64,000 nt of DNA. It comes from Hormiphora californensis. Lineage: Eukaryota > Animalia > Ctenophora. The first letter of the stretch is position 1, and each line of letters starts with the position of its first letter. Under the pieces are notes generated by a model. That model did not search any database, had not been told where the DNA came from, and saw nothing but the letters and a program-made list of their open reading frames with translations. Positions 1 through 12,700 of this stretch are shown here, one piece after another. The stretch spans positions 4,030,001 through 4,094,000 of the forward strand of contig CM035361.1 in NCBI GenBank assembly GCA_020137815.1, written 5' to 3'. The translations under genes and the position numbers were made by a program.

Positions 1-1440
1 GACACTCTGGTGCTGAATGGAAATAGTTATTGGTGTGAGTTCATTGTAATTTACAAAAAGTATCAGTGCCGTTTACCTGCTCTGTATGCTCCACATCGCC
101 ACCAACCCACGTTGGAACACATTCACTATCTGAACTATCTGCGAACAGGTAGTTTAGCACCTCCACATTGTTACATGTGATGATGAGGGCATTCTCCGTT
201 TTAGTGATGGTCCAGATCTTTTCCACATCCACCGGGGGTTGCACTGGCAGGTCTGTATAGGCGATGCAGTAGCCTATGTAGTACCGCATTGGGAAGGAAA
301 ACTGTACAGCCACCCCACTTATCTTGCTGCTTTTATTGTCGTACACCCCTATCGAGAACTTCTGATCATCACTGTCCAGTGCCGAGTCTGTCTTTATCTG
401 TAGGGGTGTTCCTTCCAGGTCCCAGGGTATGAGGATATCCCGCTCTATAGGTTTCCATTCTGAAATGCATAGTCCGATTTATATGCCGTCCTTACCCGAC
501 AAGGCCAAGGCAGTAGAACTGACACTGACGAAGAAAAAAGGAGAATGAACTCACCAATTTTATCACACTGTGGTACATCAGCTGACCACGATCCATCCTC
601 CTGACAAGTCAGTGTTTCACTTCCGTTTAGCTTGTGGTTGGCATCACATTCGATGGTGGTAGTTGTCCCTGTTGGTGAGGCAGGCCAGTTTCCTTTTGTT
701 GATCCCTCAACAGTAAAGCCAGGACACTCAATTGGTTCTGCAGAATGAAAATAGAAATGGGCGTGAGTTTAGTGTAATTTAAAGGTGATATGTTTGATCT
801 GCATATTAGAAAGCCGCTAGCATAAGTGTAGCGAAAAAAGGAGCATTATACCTGCTCTGTAAAAATCAGACGCTGTGTCATAGCTTCCACTAAACGAGAT
901 GTGCTCCACAACATTACCACCCAAAATTGTAACACAGCGGGTATCGGAACTATCTGCGAACAGGTAGTTCACCACCTCAACATCATTGCATGTGATGATG
1001 AGGGCGGTCTGTGTTTTGGTGATCGTCCAGATCTTTTCCACCTCAGTACTTTAACTTATACTTCACTGGGGAAGAGAACTCAACTACCATATTACTGATA
1101 ACGCTGTCCTTGCCGTTCATATTCACTCTGATTCGCTCACCACTGCCTACTACGGAGTCAGTCTTTATCTGGAGGGGTGTTCCCTCCAGGTCCCAGGGTA
1201 TACTTACAGCCTTCTTTACAGCTGTCCAATCTGAAATGTATAATAAAGAAACTAAGATCACTAAAAGTAATCTAGTGCAAACAAATGTATCATGTTATCG
1301 AACATTTTATAAAAATATCACACACTACAATTCTACATAGCATTACATACATATTTGATATTTGACATGATATGTGACGAACCTGCAGTGAGAACAGCTG
1401 TTCCACACAATGCAGCTGTGAAGAGAAGACGGCGTATCAT
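1..1440 (-). pseudogene. Secreted multidomain gene (signal peptide, then alternating ~140-aa 'PWDLEGTPLQIKTDS' and sushi/CCP domains), frameshifted; runs off the window start
   Basis: GT-AG exons 1440-1383 (MIRRLLFTAALCGTAVLTA), 1230-852, 737-555 (sushi: EPIECPGF...IECDANHKLNGSETLTCQEDGSWSADVPQC), 459-77 and 12-1. Both large exons have lost ~40 nt relative to their paralogues (at ~1043 and ~87), which breaks the frame. Confidence 0.85.
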
Positions 1441-1664
1441 GTTTGTCATCAGAAGGAGACGAATGAAATAAACATAACAAAACTATATCAGGAGTCAGTA
1501 AGGAGTGGTAATTGGTGACATATAGACACCTGGCGCGACCCCAGCTCAATCTTGGTCGCGCACGGTGTCTATGTCATGTCACCAAGAGTGGTAAAAAGGG
1601 GGGGGGGCTTGGTAAAACCCAGACTAATATGACCCTCGTTAGGTTTTCAGATATTTCCCACAGT

Positions 1665-1780
1665 CATAGCTCCATTCCCTGACAGGATAATGACTTGAAA
1701 TTTCGAAGAACATGATAAGATCTTTATAGTTCATAGCCTCCAAATTTCAAGTATCTTTCCTGTCAGGGGGTGGAGCTATG
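1665..1780. repeat. Small inverted-repeat (MITE-like) element
   Basis: catagctcca..cctgacagga..acttgaaattt is mirrored by aaatttcaagt..tcctgtcagg..tggagctatg. Confidence 0.6.
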
Positions 1781-1907
1781 CACGTCTTAACGTTTAAAAT
1801 CCTGTCGCGTGTAGAAAGGCGTCAGGTCTAGTTTTAGGCTCGTTTCGGGTCAGATGACATAAAAGCTCCGCGGTTTGGTCGACTATATCCAAAAAAAAGG
1901 AGCGTAT

Positions 1908-2057
1908 GGGGAAAACAGTCGTGCCTGATCCTCAGCTTCAGGCCACAGCTATTTTCACTAAGACCTGAGATCTCACGTTTCAGTGACGGCCATTCCCTGA
2001 GATTTAAGGGAACAGCCGTCACTGAAACCTGAAGTTCAGGCACGACTATTTTCACCC
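1908..2057. mobile_element. MITE of the 'ggggaaaacagtcgtgcctga' family; relatives at ~7593-7646, ~33909-33965 and ~57566-57644
   Basis: Imperfect terminal inverted repeats and dispersed copies within the window. Confidence 0.65.
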
Positions 2058-2158
2058 AATCCGAGTTCAACTGAAGCTTTTTTGAGCTCAGAGGTATAAT
2101 GTGCAGTCTGAAAGAAAAGGATAGAAAAAGAAAGACAGCACCTTTCAATTCTTCGTAT

Positions 2159-2335
2159 CGTTCTGAAGGTGAATAGAGCGGAGAGATACATACCAAATAT
2201 AGTGCGAATCGCTACCCTTTTCTCTCTAACCGCGCCCATTACCTCTAAGCTCAGAGGTAATGGTTAGAGAGAACAGGGTGATGATTTTTTACTATGTTTC
2301 GTATGTATCTCTCCCTCCTATTCACCTTCAGAACG
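2159..2335. repeat. Hairpin / MITE-like inverted repeat
   Basis: cgttctgaaggtgaatag..ggagagatacatac pairs with gtatgtatctctcc..ctattcaccttcagaacg. Confidence 0.65.
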
Positions 2336-3208
2336 CTTAAAAAGAACGCTCCCGTTCTGCCCGTTCTTTTTTAGGGAAAGAGAGAGGGAGAGAAAGAGAG
2401 GGAGAGAAAGAGAGGGCGAGCATTTTATATTTTTGGTTTGAAACCTCCCTATATTATAAAAATGGGTAATATACCAATTCTTGGTGTTCGAAGGAAATAG
2501 CGCTAATTAGCGGTTTTAATAGCGCTAATTAGCGCTAATTAGCGATAGCGCTATTTATCGATAGCGCTAATAGCGCTAATAATAGCGCTATTTCACAAAA
2601 TAGCGCTAATTTTGACCGCTAATTAGCGCTAATTAGCGATCAAAAATAGCGGTAATTAGCGGTAGCGCTATTTTAGCGCTTTTTGTAACCGCTAATCGGG
2701 CAATTTTAGTAAAAAATAGCGCTATTAACACTTACAAAAATAGCGCTAATCAGCGCTAATTAGCGCTAATTAGCGCTATTAACATTCTCAATTCATTTTG
2801 TTCGAACCGCTAATTAGCGCTATTTTCAATTTCATCAAAATATAGAAAACGCTATGATTGGATAATGTATGTCACGTGACAAAAATCCTGTCATGTGACG
2901 AAAAATAGCGCTAATTAGCGCTATTTTTGTAATCGCTAATTAGCGCTAATTAGCGCTATTATCAACTTAAACGTTTATTATTTTGTTAATAGCGCTAATA
3001 TGCGCTAATTAGCGCTATTAATATTTTGCAAATAGCGCTAGTTAGCGCTAGTTAGCGCTAATTAGCGATATTATCAACTTAAACGTTTATTATTTTATTA
3101 ATAGCGCTAATAAGCGCTAAATAGCGCTATTAATATTTTGCAAATAGCGCTAATAAGCGCTTATTAGCGCTAATTAGCGCTACCTAGCGCTATTTGCAAA
3201 ATATTAAT

Positions 3209-4258
3209 GGTAGAAGGGCCACGGCCCTTGAACACCGCCACGTGGCGGTTTTAACCGCCACGTGGCCCCTGGACGTGGCGTCAATTTTCAGGACGTGGCG
3301 CCAATGAGCCTTTTTGGCGGTGTTCATGTGGCGTTAATAGTCGAAATTGGCGCTTCGAATTGGCGCTTTTCTTTTTTGGCCCCAGGGACGTGGCGTTGGC
3401 CCCAGGACGTGGCGTCAATTTTGAGAGGATGGCGCCAATGGATTTTTTAGTCGATTTTAGCGCCACGTGGTTTTTTGAATTTTCGGTGTGGCGTCAATAA
3501 TTGACGCCACATAGTTGGCGCCACATAAACTCCGCCACATCAAAGCGCCAAAGTAATTATTAGCGCCATTAACATGGCGATATATTTATATAAACACAGC
3601 CCTTTTTTAACTGTTCAATCCTTGATGCCTCTGTGGGTCTTTAGGGACTTCTACGGACATTCAGTGACCTCTGGTGTCCTCTTGGGGCGTTTCAGGGGAC
3701 TCTAGAGAACTCTAGTGGCTTTTTGGGGGCCTTGTGTGCTCATCTGGGGCTGCATTCGATCTTTCTGGGCTTTTGAGGGACTCTAATCGACTCTAGTGGC
3801 CTCTAGGGGTCTCTTGGAGCCTTCTAGGGGGCTTTTAGGTGACTCTAGCGCCTCCTGGGGGTCCCTAGGATCCACTAGGGGGTTTCTGGTATCAGTTTAT
3901 ATGGCGCCAATTTACATGGCGCCAAAAAATTAGCGCCAAAAATTAGCGCCAAATGATAGGCCAAAAAAACAAATTGGCGATTCGAATTTTTCGGGTGTGG
4001 CGTCATCCGAAAGCGCCAAAAAATTTTGACATCTCCGCCACTCAAAAATTGACGCCACGTCCTGGGGCCAACGCCACGTCCCTGGGGCCAAAAAAGAAAA
4101 GCGCCAATTCGAAGCGCCAATTTCAACTATTAACGCCACATGAACACCGCCAAAAAGGCTCATTGGCGCCACGTCCTGAGAATTGACGCCACGTTCAGGG
4201 GCCACGTGGCGGTTAAAACCGCCACGTGGCGGTGTTCAAGGGCCGTGACCCTTCTACC
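3209..4258. mobile_element. Nested long-TIR MITE (GGCGCC-rich, Merlin-like ends)
   Basis: TIRs >200 bp starting GGTAGAAGGG; 8-bp TSD ATATTAAT (3201-3208 / 4259-4266). Confidence 0.9.
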
Positions 4259-4481
4259 ATATTAATAGCGCTAATTAGCGCTTATTAGCGCTATTAATAA
4301 AATAGTTAACGTTAAAGTTGATAAAAGCGCTAATTAGCGCTAATCAGCGCTATTAATAATATGGAAATAGCGCTAATTAGCGCTTATTAGCGCTAATTAG
4401 CGCTACCTAGCGCTATTTGCAAAATATTAATAGCGCTAATTAGCGCTTATTAGCGCTATTAATAAAATAATTAACGTTTAA

Positions 4482-5363
4482 CCCTTTGGGGACGATAAGC
4501 CCCCTGTCGACAGAATTCTCTAAAACTTTCTGGAGACACTTACTTTGAACCTACTTGAACGCAGGAAAAGGAATTTTGGTTCTATCACCTGTATTTCTAT
4601 TGGGTCACCTGTGACCCAATCGTCCCCTAACGCTAAAACAGGAATTGAGATTTCGCAGCTATTTTGCCCCATAACTCGAAAACCGCTCATTTTAGGCCCT
4701 ATGTTTCTTCATAACACTTATACAAACCCGGCCATTCTGCACATTTTGCACACCCTATGGACCTCTCTATCTCATCTGTAGCCGATTTTTGAATTTCAAA
4801 ATTGGCCGAGATGAAAAATTTTATGAAGGAGCACGGATCTCAAAAATTTTTTCATCGACTCCCTACGATGTTGAGATAACAATGATGGAGTCGGTTAGTC
4901 GCTAGCACTTGTTAAAAAAATGCCGTTTAAGACATTTATCGGCGGCCATTCCTTTAGAAATGCTCGTAAAATGCAAATTTCTGTTTTAGCGTTAGGGGAC
5001 GATTGGGTCACAGGTGACCCAGCACTTTGAAGGCCTCTGAGAGGCACAAAATTTGTAATATCACCCTGAAACTTTACCCCGGGGTAAAATACACACTTTT
5101 CTTGCATTTTCCAAGTCCATTTTAAGCATACTCGTACCAATTTTGAGATATGGCCATTAAACTACCCATTTTACCTACCAAATGCACTGTTTTAGCCCTG
5201 TTTTCCGAAGTCGACAACTTCAGAGGCTCAAAACGACCTCAAAATGGTAGAAAAATGTATGTTTCAACCCTGGAAACAACTTAAAACTTTCAAACATGAT
5301 CTATAAAGACGCTAAATGGGTTCAAAGTACTGGGTCACCTGTGACCCAATCGTCTCCAAAGGG
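4482..5363. mobile_element. Nested piggyBac-type MITE
   Basis: TTAA TSD and TIR CCCTTTGG(G/A)GACGAT. The empty site aacgtTTAAgttgataatagc recurs in neighbouring repeat units (e.g. ~5514). Confidence 0.92.
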
Positions 5364-6742
5364 TTAAGTTGATAATAGCGCTAATAAGCGTTAATTAGCG
5401 CTATTAATAATATGAAAATAGCGCTAATTAGCGCTTATTAGCACTAATTAGCGCTAACTAGCGCTATTTGTAAAATATTGATAGCGCTTATTAGCGCTAT
5501 TAATAAAATAGTTAACGTTTAAGTTGATAATAGCGCTAATAAGCGCTAATTAGCGCTATTAATAATATGGAAATAGCGCTAACTAGCGCTAACTAGCGCT
5601 AATTAGCGCTAACTAGCGCTATTTGAAAAATATTAATAGCGCTAATTAGCGCTTATTAGCACTATTAATAAAATAGTTAACGTTAAAGTTGATAATAGCG
5701 CTAATTAGCGCTATTAATAATATGAAAATAGCACTAATTAGCGCTTATTAGCGCTAATTAGCCCTAACTAGCACTATTTGCAAAATATTAATAGCGCTAA
5801 TTAGCGCTTATTAGCGCTATTAATAAAATAGTTAACGTTTAAGTTGATAATAGCGCTTATAAGCGCTAATTAGCGCTATTAATAATATGGAAATAGCGCT
5901 AATTAGCGCTTATTAGCGCTAATTAGCGCTAACTAGCGCTATTTGGAAAATATTAATAGCGCTAATTAGCGCTTATTAGCGCTATTAATAAAATAGTTAA
6001 CGTTTAAGTTGATAATAGCGCTAATTAGCGCTAATTAGCGCTATTAATAATATGCAAATAGCGCTAATTAGCGCTACTTTTAAATTGTCTATAGCGCTGA
6101 TCAGCGCTATTAACAAAATATACATTCATTATTTTGTTAAATGCGCTAAATAGCGCTAATTAGCGCTACTAATATTTTGCAAATAGCGCTAGTTAGCGCT
6201 TATTAGCGCTAATAAGCGCTAATTAGCGCTATTTGCAAAATATTAATAGCGCTAATTAGCGCTTATTAGCGCTGTTATCAACTTAAACGTTTACTATTAT
6301 GTTAATAGCGCTAATAAGCGCTAATTAGCGCTATTAATAATTTGCAAATAGCGCTAGTTGGCGCTTATTAGCGGTAATAAGCGCTGATTAGCGCTATTTG
6401 CAAAATATTAATAGCGCTAATTAGCGCTAATTAGCGCTATTAACAAAGTAATATACATATATTGTGTTAATAGCGCTAATTAGCACTATTTACAAATTGT
6501 TGATAGCGCTAATTAGCGCTATTTAGCGCTAGTTAGCGGTATTTTCATGTTGTTAATAGCGCTAATTAGCGCTAATTAGCGCTATTTTGTAAATACAAAT
6601 AGCTAATCTTTAAGAAATGGCGCTAATTAATTTTATAAATATCGAAATCTTAGATAGCGCTAATTAGCGCTAATTAGCGCTCTTAAAATCGCTAATTAGC
6701 GCTATTTCCATCGAACACCAAGAATTGGTATATTACCTAAAA

Positions 6743-9700
6743 ATGGAGTACAAGGTACTTTTTGTTGTCTCTACAATCCTAGTAGAAAGCGAAAAAGAAA
6801 AAAAGTCATCAGGGTGATGTGAGTGTAATACTGTAATATTTATTGACCAAAAATCAATGATCAGACCAGAATTGAAAGGAAAATTTTTTGGAGCTTAGAA
6901 TGAGAGAGATTTCACTGCTACAGCCAACTCTCTCACCTACTGCAAAGCATTTTCTATTTTAATATCTCCTCCCTATTCACCTTTAGAATACCGAGAAAGA
7001 AATGAAAAGTAATTCTGTACACAAAGGTGAACTTCCTTCCAGTTCTATATGCAAAACACTCAACCCTACATTATTTAACTCTTCAAAGCGAGTTATTATC
7101 ATCAATATTCCCCATTCCCCAAATAACCCTTCAGCAGGTTCATAAGATCAATCAAGAATATTATACCCTAGACCTCATCCTGTTATCCATCCTCGAAAAC
7201 CCTCATTCGCTGATTCCGTACCCCTCTCCAGGCAAGAGCAGGTGTAAGCACAAGGAGGCGCTGGCAAGGTACACGAATGTTAGTGTAACTACAGCGGGTG
7301 ATACGACGTGTAGCGATGAGGGGGAAGTTAGCGCTTCAAGTACAGTCATCACAGAACGATCTATTAGGTGAGCAATGGGGCTGAGATATTGGGTGAGCAA
7401 TGGGGCTGAGATATTAGGTGAGCAATGGGGCTGAGATATTAGGTGAGAATGACATCTGTTCTAGGTGTATTAGGTGAGCGATATGGGGTTGGTAGGTGAG
7501 CTGTATCAGACCTAAAATGTGATTCACTGTTCTGCTTCAATTTAAGTTCCGTTTTGATTCCTTTTTGGTATTTTTTGATTTTCTGGGTATAAGGGGAAAA
7601 CAACTTCGTGCCTGAACCTCAGGTACAGGCCACGGCTATTTTCCCCATAGCAAAAGTAATTTATATGTTGCTTTTATGCTGTTTTCTTTTTATAAGAAAC
7701 CTTCTTTTTTCAGGTCGATTGTCCGAGAGACGACAGCTAACAAAGAGATCCAGCGTCTCCAGGATCTTAATATCCAGTTGTCATGTCAACTGGATGCATT
7801 AGCTAAAGGTAAAATACACATTCTCCAGAAATCAGATTTTTAGTCAGATTTTTGTCCTAATCCCCAAGTCCCAATCCTCAAGTCCTAATCCCCAAGTCAT
7901 GATGCAGGTTTCAGTTTTGGGTATATTTCCGCATATAATAATCCTCTTCTTGTATCAAGCTTAATTGCCATTGTCCTGCAGGGTCTACATCGATCCGAGA
8001 TCTATGCAGTGTACCAACACAAATCAACGGTGTTGAAGAGGAGGAGGAAGAGGAGGAAGAGGACAACACATCGTCAGCACTGGATATAACTCTCCAGGTT
8101 CGTACCTTCTTCAGCACTGGATATAACTCTCCAGGTTCGTACAGCTTCTTCTAATTATTCTCCAGGTTCGTACAGCTTCTTCTAATTATTCTCCAGGTTC
8201 GTACAGCTTCTTCTAATTATTCTCCAGGTTCGTACAGCTTCTTCTAATTCTTCTCCAGGTTCGTACAGCTTCTTCTAATTATTCTCCAGGTTCGTACCTT
8301 CTTCTGATTCTTCTCCAGGTTCGTACCTTCTTCTAATTATTCTCCAGGTTCGTACCTTCTTCTAATTATTCTCCAGGTTCGTACCTTCTTCTAATTATTC
8401 TCCAGGTTCGTACCTTCTTCTAATTATTCTCCAGGTTCGTACCTTCTTCTAATTATTCTCCAGGTTCGTACCTTCTTCTGATTCTTCTCCAGGTTCGTAC
8501 CTTCTTCTGATTCTTCTCCAGGTTCGTACCTTCTTCTAATTTTTCTCCAGGTTCGTACCTTCTTCTAATTTTTCTCCAGGTTTGTACCATTGCCAGCTGT
8601 TAACCACTCTATTAACAGGTGCTCGCTAAAAATTTTGGGGCATACATGTCCTATCATGGACCTCAAAGGGTTAAGAGTGAGAACGTTCGATCTCACACAC
8701 GTGTCAATGTCACTAAACCCCTCCCCCCAGGAAGATCTGGATGCTACCCTGAAGGAAATTGTTGACCTGAGACCCCACCCTCCACCGAGATCAGCTACCA
8801 AGGAGAGGCCGAGATCTGCTACCAAGGATAGATCTGCTACCAAGGATCAGCAGCAGAGAATAGGACGGACTGGTGAAGACCACCATACAAAAAGGGACCA
8901 CCACCAGAGACCAAAAACTGCTGAAAGCGGAGATCACCATTCTACAAGAAGGGCACCAAGTGGAAATACATCACCGGCTACTAAGACAACACCAATTAGG
9001 AGGACAGTTGGGCCGGACAGTGGATATGACAGTGTAAAGATCAATAACCGACCCACCTCAAGTGAGTGAAGTACTTGATAATTAGAGAAATTAGTGAATA
9101 TTATTCGATCTACCGAACCCTCACAGCTCATGCGGTGTGAGCCACACTTATTTTATACATACCTAAGCTGTGTGCTTCTTCAGTTAATCAGTCATCAGTA
9201 ATAACAATCAATTATTTATTTCCCTAGAAGAATTGAACACAGAACTACTTCAAGATCTCGAGGAGGAGAACGAGGTATTGAGATCAGAACTAAAATCATC
9301 TGCAAACGCCACAAAAGAACTGATGGCACTAGAAAGCGAACTTCGCAGGTGTGTAATGAACTGAGAATTGATCTTATTCGAGACAAAAAAAATTATTCGA
9401 GACAAATATTCGTGCGTCGAATATACCTACTTTTTAACTTAACCTACTTTTTATCTGTAAAAGCTTCTCTCTCCTAATTAAAGTAACAATCTCTCCCCCA
9501 GGTTGCGAGATGAAAGTGACATGTATCAAGATGAACTAATGCGACTAAGAGGAGTTGAGGAAAAGTTGATCCAGGTAAAGACCTTTTTTTTCTTTTTTCA
9601 TATATATATATATATATATTTCAAACTTTTCAACACTACTTTAAACAAATTAATTTGAGTGTTCCGCTTATAATCGATTCGATCCGTGTCAGAGTTAATT

Positions 9701-12700
9701 TACTATTCTCCGATATCTTTGAGTAACGCAAATCTCTTTCACTTGGGCTTTTTTGTGAACGTTATTTGAGTTTTGGGGATAGTGTTAATCTCTGTCCAGG
9801 AGTGTGAGCCAGGTGTTTTAGGATGAACAGTATGACTATGAGAATTAATGACGTAGAGATAACGAGTAAAGATGAGTTTGATAGAGCTCTTAACCCTTTG
9901 ACGGCGAGAAGGATTGGCTCGATAGAATTGTCTAATTTTTCGTTTATAAGTAGATGTTATCAACACAAAACGCCTCGAAAAGGAAATTTGTAATTCCGAC
10001 ATGTAGTTTTTGCTGGGCCCACTGTAGCATATATGATACTATCGCCCGTAAGGGAATTCTAGTAATAAATCTAAATTGTACAAGTTTGTGGGTGTTATGG
10101 CATAAATTCATGCTTTCATGAGGTTTGTAGCTACAAGTTCTACATTCGTGAACGGTTTTTACCAGGAAAAGAACCCAAATTTGAGATTTGTATCATATAT
10201 GATACTATCGTCCAAAGGGTAAATTCTCCTAAAACTTACATAATTCGGGCTAGAAAAGGAGCTAAGAGACAAATCAGGGCACTAAAATGTGTAGAATCAT
10301 CGCATTAGTGGGGGTAGAGCACATATTTAGGTCGCTATCCGGACCCCTAATTGAGATAATTGCATAATTAGCTAATTATCTGTCCCGCGTGTGCTAATTA
10401 TTCATGAAACTTTGCTCTGGGAAGGAGTTATGAGACAAATGGGGGCACTAAAATGTGTAGAATCATTACATTAGTGGGGGTAGAGCACATATTTAGGTCG
10501 CTATCTGGATCCATAATTGAGATAATTGGATAATTAGCTAATTAGTTGCCCTGGAGCGCTAATAAATGAGACTAGGCGGAGTATACAAGACAAGTGAGGG
10601 CACTAAAATGTGTAAAATCATCGCCTTAGCGGGGGTAGAGCACATAGCTGAGTTTCTATTCCCACTCCTAATTGAGATAATTGGATAATTAGCTAATTGA
10701 CGGTTGCACACCGTCCACTTTTCACCAAATCCCGTGGTTTCTAGGTAATCCTGAGCTCTTTTGCTCAATCTAAGGATCTTCTGACATCCCCTAATATCCC
10801 TAAACCCCTATAACCGTGTGTCCAAACAATAAATATGGGAAACTGTAGTACATTAGAGGTTGAACGTGTTGTAGGAGCAATAGGATATAAAAATTCTATA
10901 GGAATGTAGTTGGATCTTGGATGTATGAGAGGTCTAGGATGGAACAAGAGGGTTCTAAAGAGCTGAAGGCAGTGTCTAGGGATGTATCGAGTGCTATAAT
11001 ATTGTGTAAAACGAGTCATAGGTGATACAAATGGGGTTAGGGGTTGTCAGAAGATCCTTAGATTGAGCAAAAGAGCTCAGGATTACCTAGAAACCACGGG
11101 ATTTGGTGAAAAGTGGACGGTGTGCAACCGTCAATTAGCTAATTATCCAATTATCTCAATTAGGAGTGGGAATAGAAACTCAGCTATGTGCTCTACCCCC
11201 GCTAAGGCGATGATTTTACACATTTTAGTGCCCTCACTTGTCTTGTATACTCCGCCTAGTCTCATTTATTAGCGCTCCAGGGCAACTAATTAGCTAATTA
11301 TCCAATTATCTCAATTATGGATCCAGATAGCGACCTAAATATGTGCTCTACCCCCACTAATGTAATGATTCTACACATTTTAGTGCCCCCATTTGTCTCA
11401 TAACTCCTTCCCAGAGCAAAGTTTCATGAATAATTAGCACACGCGGGACAGATAATTAGCTAATTATGCAATTATCTCAATTAGGGGTCCGGATAGCGAC
11501 CTAAATATGTGCTCTACCCCCACTAATGCGATGATTCTACACATTTTAGTGCCCTGATTTGTCTCTTAGCTCCTTTTCTAGCCCGAATTATGTATGTTTT
11601 AGGAGAATTTACCCTTAGGACGATAGTATCATATATGATACAAATCTCTAATTTGGGTTCTTTTCCTGGTAAAAACCGTTCACGATTGTAGAACTTGTAG
11701 CTACATACCACATGAAAGCATAAATTTATGCCATAGCACCCACAAACTTGTACAATTTAGATTTGTGACTAGAATTCCCTTACGGGCGATAGTATCATAT
11801 ATGATACGGCGCCTTAAATGTTAATAACTCATTCAATTTTCAATATTTTTTGATGCGGCTTTTTGCATTCGGTCGGTTATGACGAGCACTTTTATTCCTT
11901 CAAAGGATTAGTTGTGCCCCCAAAAAACAAAAAAATGAGAAATGTTTTTAAAAAAAGGCCGAAATTAGCCTCCTTAGAAGGGCTATAAAATTTTTTTCTT
12001 GATTTTCTGAGCTGATCTGGACGTAGTTTTAGGTTCATAATCCCTAAAACTAGCTTGTGACAAAATATGGGCCACCTAGATAAAACATACGGACTTCCAG
12101 GCCGCCTAGAATAGACTGTAGCATATATGCTCTGTCGCCGTCAAAGGGTTAAAGCTCTGACTTATAATAGGTGTAGTGGTGAGCATGTCTTAGATCGTCT
12201 TCGGGTAGGTGGGGATGCTCCTTCGTTCAACAAAGACAATGCCTGGGAACTTCTCTGTGCTGCTTATTCCTTGATTCCAGACAACCCGAGGGTGAGATTT
12301 GATAGTGGTGTTAGTTCCGTATTGGACACGTCCCTGGTGGGGAGTGTAGCGGATGTACTGAAGGAAAGCTTTGAGAGTCTGAAGATGGAGTTACTTGCGG
12401 TGGTTGAGCAGAAGGTAGAAGACAAGGTGAGTGAGCTGCGTGGAAGAAAGGAAGAGGTTGTAGAAGATGAAGGTCCGGTTGCGCCTGTGAGGAGGTATGT
12501 TGATATAAGGTTGGATAACTCTGATGCTGAAGGTACGGCCCCGGTCTGTCCAAAGACGCAGTGGACGGAAGTTGTAAAACCCCAAGTGGAAAAAGCTTTG
12601 AAGGGAGTTCCTGTGATGAATGCGGTAGTGAACAAAGGTAGTGTGCGGCTGTCATTCCAGAATGAGGACCAACTTCAGGAAGCCAATAATGTTTTACCAC

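Larger units (their letters stand above)
2465..6737. mobile_element. Non-autonomous foldback DNA transposon, Merlin-like, filled with TAGCGCTAAT repeats; contains two nested elements
   Basis: TIR GGTAATATACCAATTCTTGGTGTTCGA at both ends and an 8-bp TSD TAAAAATG (2457-2464 / 6738-6745). GG termini with an 8-bp TSD fit Merlin; no transposase is present. Confidence 0.85.

Noticed and set aside
8092-8590. CRISPR-like array (also 18851-19358, 24484-24715, 43120-43665)
   Set aside because: The units are contiguous with no unique spacers, there are no cas genes, and the context is eukaryotic.
9619-9720. Spliced-leader RNA gene
   Set aside because: The leader is followed by TGTTCC rather than a GT donor and SL intron, and it runs straight into the LINE UTR.
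10559-11272. Identical 69-aa ORFs on opposite strands (also 29014-29647, 3262-4205)
   Set aside because: They are by-products of inverted-repeat arms and show no transposase features.
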